Assembly (NCBI GenBank): GCA_041288095.1
Contig: JBGGMJ010000144.1
Span: forward strand, 1 to 16,702
Reading direction: 5' to 3'
DNA length: 16,702 nucleotides
Origin: Myxococcota bacterium
GTDB lineage: Bacteria > Myxococcota > XYA12-FULL-58-9 > JALHOP01
Shown: positions 1-6,737 of the stretch, piece by piece
Layout: each line of letters starts with the position of its first letter
Numbering within the stretch: the stretch's first letter is position 1
Notes under the pieces: generated by a model
Databases searched by the model: none
The model's input: only the letters and a program-made list of their open reading frames with translations
Told to the model about the DNA's origin: nothing
Position numbers and translations under genes: made by a program

Positions 1-833
1 CAGTCGCCCAGATACACGACGCTGCCAACATCCCATCGCGGCATGCGCACATCGGTGTAGGTCGCGAAGAGCACTTGGGTGTCGGGCCGCATGAGGTCGG
101 CCGCCGGCGGATAGTGAGCGGCGATATCTTCACGCATGGTCGTCAGCGCCCGCTCGCGGGTCGCTACCGGTACGCTCCAGAAGACGGTGACGAGGTCCTT
201 CGCCACCGGCAGCAGCCCGAGCATGCGCCGCGTCCCTCGCAGCACCTGGAAGAGCTCGGGCTCGACGCGCGAGGTCTTGGCTACGAACCAGAGCGCGCCC
301 CAGGGATAGGGAATGGGACGCCGCACTGGTGCCTCGTCGTCCGCCACCGCGTTGCGCGAACCCGACGCCATGATGACGAGGTCATGCGGACCGTAGCAGG
401 TGCCATCGTCGCCGATGAGCAGCTTTCCACGACCATGGTTCGCGAGACTCGCGATGGTCACGCCGGTAATGAGCCGCATACCGCTGGCGCGCGCCGCGTC
501 GAAGAGCGTCGCGAACAATACCCCGCGATGTAGCCCGATGCCGTGCAAGTCGGGCACGAGATCGCGGTAGTCGAGAGTGAACACGGAGCGGCCGCCCGTG
601 GTCACGCAGCGCAGAGTGTCGACTCTCGCACCGCTTTCGCGCACAGCACGATCCAGCCCTAGCTTCTCGAGCACCGCGAGGCCACTCGGCTGCATGAGCA
701 AGCCGGCGCCCACGGGGCTCGGTGTCGGCGCACGCTCGTACAGCGTCACGCGATGGCCATCGCGCGCCAGGATGATCGCCGCTGCGTTGCCGGCGGTGCC
801 GGCGCCGATGATGCCGACGTCGAGAGGTCTCAG
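1..833 (-). CDS. FAD-dependent monooxygenase (UbiH/salicylate hydroxylase-like), 3' end outside the window
   Basis: Absent from the ORF track; translated by hand. Reads (L/M)RPLDVGIIGAGTAGNAAAIILARDGHRVTLYERAP (GxGxxG Rossmann motif), GAGLLMQPSG, HRGVLF, DLVIMASG and VVYLGD at the window edge, open to position 1. The only possible start between the in-frame TGA (846-848) and the FAD motif is CTG at 831-833. Confidence 0.88.
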   Translation of the reverse strand, partial: MRPLDVGIIGAGTAGNAAAIILARDGHRVTLYERAPTPSPVGAGLLMQPSGLAVLEKLGLDRAVRESGARVDTLRCVTTGGRSVFTLDYRDLVPDLHGIGLHRGVLFATLFDAARASGMRLITGVTIASLANHGRGKLLIGDDGTCYGPHDLVIMASGSRNAVADDEAPVRRPIPYPWGALWFVAKTSRVEPELFQVLRGTRRMLGLLPVAKDLVTVFWSVPVATRERALTTMREDIAAHYPPAADLMRPDTQVLFATYTDVRMPRWDVGSVVYLGD

Positions 834-872
834 ATCCCCATCATGTCACCGCGTTCCGAGCCGAGCGAGAGA

Positions 873-1721
873 CTACTGCTTCGCCGCCGCCAGCATGCGG
901 TCGCGCATCTCCTGGAGGGTGTCGTCCACGTCTTCGGCCTCCACAGGGTTGCGGGTGCGCAAACGCTGGACGCGCTCGCGCAAGCCATTGCCCAGGCTCG
1001 CTAGCTCCGGGGGCAACGCATGCTCGCGCCGTAGGTCGTCGAGGGTCATCAGGAGGAGGGTTTGCGCTTTCAAGTCGTCGTCGAAGCGCGCGAGCCGGCG
1101 CGCGAGCCGCTGCAGCTCGGGCGTCGTCTGTACTGGCAAATTAGTCTCGGCGAGGCCGCGCAACGTGCTAGCGCGAATGCCCAGGAGGGCCATCGCGTAA
1201 TTCGAGAACGCGGTGGGATCGTTCGGGTCGTCACGCATCGCCGTTCGCAAGTGCTGCAGAGCATTGCGTCCAGGCTCGAGGCGGTTCCAAGGGAGCAGCG
1301 TGTAGTGCTGCAACGTGATGCCTTCCCCCCAGGCGAGCAGACGATGGGCCGAGCCACGCTGCGGTCCCGACAAGCCGGCCTTGAGCGCCGCGCGCGTCGC
1401 CGCCGCAACGTCGTTGACCGTCTGTACGCTGGCGCGGATGGCTGGGGCCGCGGCGCAGCGGCGCTTGCGCGCGTCGGTGCGAGGCGGCTCGAGACCGCAG
1501 ACCAGGCCGTCGAACGACTTGTTCCCCGAGGAGAGCAGCGCGGCGTGACGCACGAAGGCTTCGCGAGCCGCGACGTAGGCCGGATCGTCCCAGGCCAAGG
1601 TCTCGCCGGTGGACGTGGTGACGACGTCGGCGGGGTCAAGCTCGCCCACGGTCCCGGCGTCACGCTCGACCTTGAGGCCGTTCGTACCGCTGAAGATCTT
1701 CGGGTCGATGGGTGCTGACAT
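873..1721 (-). CDS. Hypothetical helical protein (282 aa) with one TPR-like segment
   Basis: The ORF fills the gap between two clear genes. ATG at 1721 (MSAPIDPK) is preferred over the TTG at 1748. ALQHLRTAMRDDPNDPTAFSNYAMALLG resembles a TPR helix-DP-helix junction. Confidence 0.7.
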   Translation of the reverse strand: MSAPIDPKIFSGTNGLKVERDAGTVGELDPADVVTTSTGETLAWDDPAYVAAREAFVRHAALLSSGNKSFDGLVCGLEPPRTDARKRRCAAAPAIRASVQTVNDVAAATRAALKAGLSGPQRGSAHRLLAWGEGITLQHYTLLPWNRLEPGRNALQHLRTAMRDDPNDPTAFSNYAMALLGIRASTLRGLAETNLPVQTTPELQRLARRLARFDDDLKAQTLLLMTLDDLRREHALPPELASLGNGLRERVQRLRTRNPVEAEDVDDTLQEMRDRMLAAAKQ

Positions 1722-1731
1722 TCGCCGGTCA

Positions 1732-1760
1732 GTATCGGCGCAGGCCAACGGGCGACGCGC
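1732..1760 (-). promoter_or_regulatory. Sigma28-like promoter candidate, GCGCGTC-N14-GCCGATAC
   Basis: GCCGATAC (1732-1739) lies 10 nt before the ATG at 1721 and matches the FliA -10 consensus GCCGATAA at 7 of 8 positions. The same GCGCGTC-N14 spacing occurs at 6669-6697. Confidence 0.5.
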
Positions 1761-1790
1761 CCACGACGTCTGTCACCGCGTCAGGTCTTC

Positions 1791-2783
1791 TCAGATCCAG
1801 CCGTTCTCCCGGTACCAGACCGCCGTCTCGCGGAAGCGCTCGTCCAGCGGTTTTGCGACCGTGAAGCCGAGCTCGCGCACACGCGCCGACGAACAGAACC
1901 AGTTGCCGGCGGTACCCTCCCGCGCCTTGTCGAGGTTCACGACGAACGGCTTGCGACGCAGCCAGCCGATGACCTCCCCGATGTAAGCGGCGATGAAAGT
2001 CACGAGATCGGGAACGCGAATGGTCCGCGCCCGTTTGCCGAAGCCGGCCGCCGCCGCTTCACCGAGCTCCCGCCACAAAAACGGTCCGTCGTCGGCGATG
2101 TAGTAGATGCCACGACCAGGATCTTCGTTGCTCAAGGTCGCGCCGCGCTCCCCCACGAGCGCGAGCCCAATGGCGAGGTCATGGACGTGGACCACGGAGA
2201 AGCGGCGCGCGGCGAAGCCCGCCTGCACGACGAGCCCACCGGCGGCCATCTTGAAGAGCTCGAAGACATCGCGGTCGCGCGGCCCGTAGACGATCGGCGG
2301 GCGCACGATGGTCACCGGCACCTTGGCGGCGTACTCGCGCACCTTCTCCTCGGCGAGCGCCTTGCTGGTGCCGTAGCGGCTCACCGGCTTGCAGGCATCG
2401 CCTTCTTGGAGCGCCCGGTCGGCCCCGCATGGACCGGCGGCGGCAATCGACGACACGAACACGACCTTGGGCGGCTTCTGCATATCCGCCGCGGCGGACA
2501 TGACGTTGACCGTGCCGTCGTGGTTGATGCGCATGAACTCCGCGAGCGAGCGCGCCTTGGTGATGCCGGCGACGTGATAGACGACGTCGACGCCCGCCAT
2601 CGCGGATGGAAGACTCGAGGCATCGGTGACATCGCCGTAGACGAGCTCGACACCCTCTTTGGGTAGGTGCGTGAGGTCACTGGTCTTGCGCACCAGCGCC
2701 CGCACGCCGTGGCCCCGCTGCAAGAGCGTCTCGACGAGGTGGGTGCCGACGAAGCCGTTGGCTCCGGTCACGAGCGCCTTCAC
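1791..2783 (-). CDS. cerR: NAD(P)-dependent epimerase/dehydratase-family SDR (330 aa), probable ceramide/3-keto reductase
   Basis: KALVTGANGFVG nucleotide-binding motif, YHVAG, FVSSIAA, catalytic YGTSK and IVRPPIVYGPRD. The GTG start at 2783 overlaps the upstream TGA (GTGA). The fold is clear; the CerR role is inferred from coupling to the ceramide synthase-like gene and proximity to spt. Confidence 0.75.
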   Translation of the reverse strand: MKALVTGANGFVGTHLVETLLQRGHGVRALVRKTSDLTHLPKEGVELVYGDVTDASSLPSAMAGVDVVYHVAGITKARSLAEFMRINHDGTVNVMSAAADMQKPPKVVFVSSIAAAGPCGADRALQEGDACKPVSRYGTSKALAEEKVREYAAKVPVTIVRPPIVYGPRDRDVFELFKMAAGGLVVQAGFAARRFSVVHVHDLAIGLALVGERGATLSNEDPGRGIYYIADDGPFLWRELGEAAAAGFGKRARTIRVPDLVTFIAAYIGEVIGWLRRKPFVVNLDKAREGTAGNWFCSSARVRELGFTVAKPLDERFRETAVWYRENGWI

Positions 2784-3895
2784 GACAGCGACTTTTCGTA
2801 CATGCGGTAGGTCTTCGACTTCTTGCCGCCCATGCTCTCGATGGCGCGGTTCACCAGATCGTTGTTGTCGAGGGTCCAGCCGATCTCGCCGCGGCGGAAG
2901 CCGAGCTTGCCGGCGATCTCCAACGTGTCCTTGTAGAGGATCGCGTCGATGCCGCGCTTGCGATACTTCGGCCGCATCCCGAGCAGCACGAGCCGCGCGC
3001 GGTCGCACTTCTTCAAGTGCATGAGCATCTTTGGCAGGCCGAACGGCAAGAGCCGTCCGTTGGCCTTGGCGATGGCCGGGTTGACGTCGGGGATGGTGAA
3101 CGAGAACCCCGCGACCTCGCCGTTCACTTCGGCGATGAGGACGAGCTCGGGCTTGACGATCTGCTTCATTTCCTTCGCCAGCCTGTCGAACTCGGCGCGC
3201 GACATCGGGACGAAGCCCCAGTTCTTTTCCCAGGCCTCGTTGTAGATCTGGAACGCGAGGTCGACCTCTTCGTCCCACTTCTTCATGTTGGCGCTGCGCA
3301 CGACGATGCCTTCACGCTCGCGGATCTTCTCGGCGATGCGCCCAATCTTCTCGGGGACGGACGCTGTAGCGGACAGCTCCCACGCCCACAGGTCACGCGA
3401 CTTGGCGTAGCCGGCGTCCTCGACCAGCTTCTCGTAGTACGTCGGGTTGTACGTCATCATCACGGCTGGCATGTCGTCGTAGCCGTCGACCAACAGGCCG
3501 CACTCGTGATTGGTCGAGAAGCTCACCGGGCCCCAGACCGACGTGAGGGCGCGCTCCTTGCCCCATTGTTCGACCGCCGCGAACAAGGCACGCGAAACTT
3601 GGACGTCGTTGACGGCCTCGAACATGCCGAAGCCGACGTGCTGGACGCCGTGGAAGTCGTTGTACTTCTTGTCGTGCACCGCGCTGATGCGGCCGACGAT
3701 CTTGCCTTCCCGGCGAGCGAGGAAGTGGGCGACCTCGGCGTACTCGAAGAACGGATTCTTCTTGGTATCGAGGAACTCTTTGCGCTCGATGAGCAGCGGC
3801 GGCGCCCAGTGGCTATCGCCCGAGTAGATCGACCAGGGAAACTTGATGAAGGCGTCGCGCGAGGGTTTGTCGCTGACGGGGGTGATCTCGACCAT
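2780..3895 (-). CDS. bcerS: GNAT-family N-acyltransferase (371 aa), bacterial ceramide synthase-like
   Basis: Motifs AFIKFPWSIY..DSHWAPPL, GRISA, GFGMFE, GLLVDGY, MMTYNPTYY, NEAWEKNWGFVP, PDVN, YRKRGID and EIGWTLDNN fit the double-GNAT family that includes Caulobacter bCerS. AGGAG RBS 9 nt upstream of ATG 3895; spt nearby. Confidence 0.82.
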   Translation of the reverse strand: MVEITPVSDKPSRDAFIKFPWSIYSGDSHWAPPLLIERKEFLDTKKNPFFEYAEVAHFLARREGKIVGRISAVHDKKYNDFHGVQHVGFGMFEAVNDVQVSRALFAAVEQWGKERALTSVWGPVSFSTNHECGLLVDGYDDMPAVMMTYNPTYYEKLVEDAGYAKSRDLWAWELSATASVPEKIGRIAEKIREREGIVVRSANMKKWDEEVDLAFQIYNEAWEKNWGFVPMSRAEFDRLAKEMKQIVKPELVLIAEVNGEVAGFSFTIPDVNPAIAKANGRLLPFGLPKMLMHLKKCDRARLVLLGMRPKYRKRGIDAILYKDTLEIAGKLGFRRGEIGWTLDNNDLVNRAIESMGGKKSKTYRMYEKSLS

Positions 3896-3955
3896 CGCAT
3901 TCGCTCCTGCCGCGGGTTGCACCCCACTGGCGCGCGAAAAGCAAGGGCACGGGGG

Positions 3956-4861
3956 TCAGGAGGCTTCGCGGGCGTCGACTGGCGCGGGTGCAACGAGCTT
4001 CTGCAGCTCGTCGCGCGAGGTCACAAGGCCCGGCTGCGTCGCGACGAGAGCCGCGTACAGGTCACCGCTGCGCGTGGTGTCTGGGAGCTTCCAGCGCAAG
4101 GTCTCGCCGCGAAACAAGCGAGCCAGGAGAAGCGGCGCGACGTCGGCGCGGTCGGCGGGCTCGAGCTTCTCGAAGGCCCCCAGGATTGCGCGCGGCGACG
4201 TGGCGTCGAGGCGATGCTTGCGCGGCATGAGAGAGGCGAGCTCGCACAGCGCGCTGATGCGCTGTTCGGCGGCTTCGCCCGCGACGACCTTCACCGCCGC
4301 GATCTCGTCGAGCTGCTGCCGGAATTCCTGGCCGGCGATCGCGTTCGAGGACACCGTGATCGATGCTTTCGCGGCAAGCCGGGTCACGACCGCTTGGGTC
4401 TGGACACCACCGCTCTTGAAGGCCTCGAGGTAGGGTCGCGCCTTGCCGACGGGGATGGCCTTCGCACGCGCGGCTCCTTTCCAGTGCTCGATGCCCAAAG
4501 CCACGGGCCACATCGAAACGGCGCCGGCAATGAGGCCGAGGAAAAATGGGGACGGTTCGGCCCAACCGATCGCCGTCGCAACCGCGGCGCCCACCCCGAA
4601 CACGTAGCCGGTGCCCCAGACGGCCATCGTATTGTCGAGTCGCTCCGGGAGGGATGGCCCGGCGTAGCTGCCTTTGCCGACGGCAGCCGCGTGCGTGCCG
4701 CCGATGAGGCGGTCAGCGACCTCGAACAGGGACCTGGCCCTGCTCGGATGCTCCGCCACGGGGACCGGGACCGGCAAGTGCTCGATCGCGAGCGGAGGCA
4801 GTGTCGCCACGTTTGCAAGCGACGACGAACGCTCAGCGACTTGCGTGCCGCGAACCGTCAT
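3956..4861 (-). CDS. Hypothetical membrane protein, paralog C (301 aa, hydrophobic helical hairpin)
   Basis: AGGAGG RBS and ATGA overlap with the upstream paralog. Starts MTVRGTQ. Hydrophobic stretch VWGTGYVFGVGAAVATAIGWAEPSPFFLGLIAGAVSMWPVAL. Shares motifs with the two upstream ORFs. Confidence 0.8.
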   Translation of the reverse strand: MTVRGTQVAERSSSLANVATLPPLAIEHLPVPVPVAEHPSRARSLFEVADRLIGGTHAAAVGKGSYAGPSLPERLDNTMAVWGTGYVFGVGAAVATAIGWAEPSPFFLGLIAGAVSMWPVALGIEHWKGAARAKAIPVGKARPYLEAFKSGGVQTQAVVTRLAAKASITVSSNAIAGQEFRQQLDEIAAVKVVAGEAAEQRISALCELASLMPRKHRLDATSPRAILGAFEKLEPADRADVAPLLLARLFRGETLRWKLPDTTRSGDLYAALVATQPGLVTSRDELQKLVAPAPVDAREAS

Positions 4862-5652
4862 TTGCCCTCCTTGGAAGCCGCGGAGAGCGCCGTGAAGAGC
4901 AGCTGAACGTGACCGTCAGCGCTGGTGAAGCCGCGCGGCTGGTCCTTGTGGAAGAAGCGTTCGAGCAGGATGGGGGCGAACACTTTCCGATCCTCGGCGC
5001 TGAGCTCGTTGAAGTCGCGGAGCACGCTGCCCGGGAGCACGAGCGACCAACCGTTCGTCGGTATGGCCGTGATGAGCCGGTAGACGGTGTCGACGCGCTT
5101 CGCGACGGCGGGCTCGAGACTGACTTTCGTCGCGGCGACCTGCTCGAGCTTCCTCTTGAGGTCGGGCGCCTCGATCTTCCAGATGTCGAGCTTCTGGAGC
5201 CAGCTCTCGGCGAGGCGCGTGAGTAGCGCCTTGGTGGCCGTGCCGCCCTCGGCGAACTCGAGCCCAAGGGCCTTGGCCGCGGTGGGCTTCACCGGAAGCC
5301 AGCGGTAAAGCCGGTCGGCCTGCTCGAGACCGCCAAGCACTAGGGGGAGCGTGAAGATACCCATCAGGGCGCCGACGCAGCCGGCGCCGACGTCCCCAGT
5401 GCCGAGCGCCACGGATGCTCCAACGGCGGCCGGAAACGCAAACGTCCAGCGGGCAAGAAAGCCCGCCAGGACTGCCGGGGCACCAGGCTTTGCACCCTGG
5501 CCCCGCGTCGCGTGATGCAAGGCGTCGTTGAGCTTGAGACCGACGTCGAAGAGGGGTTTGCTCGAAGGAGCGGGAATGATGACCGCCGGCGGCGCATGGC
5601 CCAGAGCCTGAAGCGCGAGTGGAGCAACCAGCTGGGTACCGCGAACCGTCAT
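4858..5652 (-). CDS. Hypothetical membrane protein, paralog B (264 aa)
   Basis: Starts MTVRGTQ. Hydrophobic hairpin FAFPAAVGASVALG...GCVGALMGIFTLPLVLGG. FAEGGTATKALLTRLA, KRVDT and DRKVFAPILLERFF align with its neighbours. Confidence 0.8.
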   Translation of the reverse strand: MTVRGTQLVAPLALQALGHAPPAVIIPAPSSKPLFDVGLKLNDALHHATRGQGAKPGAPAVLAGFLARWTFAFPAAVGASVALGTGDVGAGCVGALMGIFTLPLVLGGLEQADRLYRWLPVKPTAAKALGLEFAEGGTATKALLTRLAESWLQKLDIWKIEAPDLKRKLEQVAATKVSLEPAVAKRVDTVYRLITAIPTNGWSLVLPGSVLRDFNELSAEDRKVFAPILLERFFHKDQPRGFTSADGHVQLLFTALSAASKEGK

Positions 5653-5660
5653 GTGCCCCC

Positions 5661-5668
5661 TTATCGGC
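5661..5668 (-). promoter_or_regulatory. Sigma28-like -10 box GCCGATAA
   Basis: Perfect GCCGATAA 8 nt before ATG 5652; no canonical TAAA -35. Confidence 0.55.
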
Positions 5669-5694
5669 GTGCCCTAGCGACTCGCCTGTTGTTG

Positions 5695-5717
5695 GCCGGT
5701 GACGTCCAGTCACCGGC
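5695..5717. other. Intergenic inverted repeat GCCGGTGAC-N5-GTCACCGGC (hairpin or operator)
   Basis: Perfect 9-bp stem with 5-nt loop, 40 nt downstream of the paralog A stop codon; no clear U-tract. Confidence 0.5.
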
Positions 5718-5757
5718 AACTCAGGCGCGTACTGGCGCGTCGTGAAGGCGGTCGGCG

Positions 5758-6660
5758 CTAGTCGTTCGCAGGTCGTGCGGTGACGAGCGCGGTCAACCGC
5801 TCGGTCGACAAGCGCGCTGCCGCCTGCCCCTTGCAAAGCGCTTCGAAGAGCGCGCTGCTCTCGCGCAGACGCTCCGTTTTGAAACGCGGCCGCTCGTCAC
5901 GATAGAGACGCTCTCGCAAGTAGGTGGCGACCTCGGCACGGTCGTCGCCAGTGAGGCCTTCGACCCGAGCCTTCAGGTTGGTGAGCACTGTGGCGTCGAG
6001 CTCCTTGCGCGGCGCGCCATTGCCCTGACGCAGGCACTGCAGAATCGCCATAGCGGTGTCGACACGTTTCGTAGCGACCGCGTCGAGTGGCAGTTTGACG
6101 TCGGCGAGAGCCTTTAGCTGGTGGCGTGCTTCGATGCCGGCGACGACGCGGGCCGCGGCGATGTCGTGCCAGCGCGAAGCGAGAGAAACCATCAAGCGCT
6201 GGGTCGCGGGATCACCCTCCTCGAAGTCTCGCACCAACCGGTCGGCACATTTCGTCGGGAGCGGGTCATGGGCGCGACGCTTCTGGATGGAGCCGAGGGC
6301 ATGAACGCTCAACGGAGCCAAGGTGGCCGCGCTGGCGATGAGCCCGATGAAGAACGGACCTGGGTACTGCCAGCCAAGCACGCAGGCCGAGGCAATACCA
6401 CCGGCAAACGCGACGCCCGCTCCCACGAGCGGGAAGACGTCGTTGAGCTTGCCCACCAATGTGTCGCTCGTGTTCTCGCCGCGGCGGCGGACAGCGCCGT
6501 ACATGGCGACATCGTGCGCCTCGGCGGCTTGCAACAACGCAACTGTCGAGGCCGGTGTCCGTTCTGGTGGAACCACCGCCGGCAACTGAGCAACGTGCTC
6601 TACGACCGCTACTGGAAGGTCGAGGTTGAAAAGCTTCGAAGGCGCGATGACAGACATCAT
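5758..6660 (-). CDS. Hypothetical membrane protein, paralog A (~300 aa)
   Basis: ATG at 6660 (or 6657) is preferred to 6699 because of the GCCGATAA box 8 nt upstream. LGWQYPGPFFIGLIA matches IGWAEPSPFFLGLIA of paralog C. FEEGDPATQRLMVSLA, KRVDT and DRAEVATYLRERLY are shared family motifs. Confidence 0.8.
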   Translation of the reverse strand: MMSVIAPSKLFNLDLPVAVVEHVAQLPAVVPPERTPASTVALLQAAEAHDVAMYGAVRRRGENTSDTLVGKLNDVFPLVGAGVAFAGGIASACVLGWQYPGPFFIGLIASAATLAPLSVHALGSIQKRRAHDPLPTKCADRLVRDFEEGDPATQRLMVSLASRWHDIAAARVVAGIEARHQLKALADVKLPLDAVATKRVDTAMAILQCLRQGNGAPRKELDATVLTNLKARVEGLTGDDRAEVATYLRERLYRDERPRFKTERLRESSALFEALCKGQAAARLSTERLTALVTARPAND

Positions 6661-6668
6661 GCGTTGTC

Positions 6669-6697
6669 TTATCGGCGGGCGGCGCACACGGACGCGC
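6669..6697 (-). promoter_or_regulatory. Sigma28-like promoter candidate, GCGCGTC-N14-GCCGATAA
   Basis: Perfect GCCGATAA (6669-6676) 8 nt before ATG 6660; upstream heptamer and spacing identical to 1732-1760. Confidence 0.55.
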
Positions 6698-6716
6698 ATG
6701 GAGCCGTCGTTTCACC

Positions 6717-6730
6717 GTCACCTAGGTGAC
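6717..6730. promoter_or_regulatory. Perfect 14-bp palindrome GTCACCTAGGTGAC
   Basis: Self-complementary sequence 7 nt after the spt stop and 40 nt upstream of the GCCGATAA box; function inferred only. Confidence 0.4.
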
Positions 6731-6737
6731 AGTCTGC

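Noticed and set aside
1..833. Monooxygenase as a ceramide-modifying enzyme
   Set aside because: Only proximity supports this; the family is broad and the gene is separated from the SDR by an unrelated orphan.
2784..3278. N-terminal 165-aa extension of the SDR ORF (track 1791..3278)
   Set aside because: Arg-rich off-frame read of the GNAT gene; the Rossmann motif begins right after the GTG at 2783, which overlaps the upstream stop.
3928..3943. Plus-strand GG-N10-GC motif TGGCGCGCGAAAAGCA
   Set aside because: Points antisense into paralog C with no credible downstream gene, and the -12 element is weak; likely chance.
3017..4906. 629-aa plus-strand ORF and other long antisense ORFs (e.g. 1062..1718, 6891..7742, 11951..13204, 15680..16681)
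   Set aside because: Antisense shadows of well-supported genes, expected in high-GC DNA; no motifs or RBS.
4916..5836. 306-aa minus-strand ORF overlapping paralog B
   Set aside because: Arg/Pro-rich alternative frame; the 4858..5652 frame has paralog similarity and coupling.
3956..6660. Paralog array as a mobile element or toxin-antitoxin/defence cassette
   Set aside because: No transposase, integrase, terminal repeats, nuclease or known toxin motif seen.
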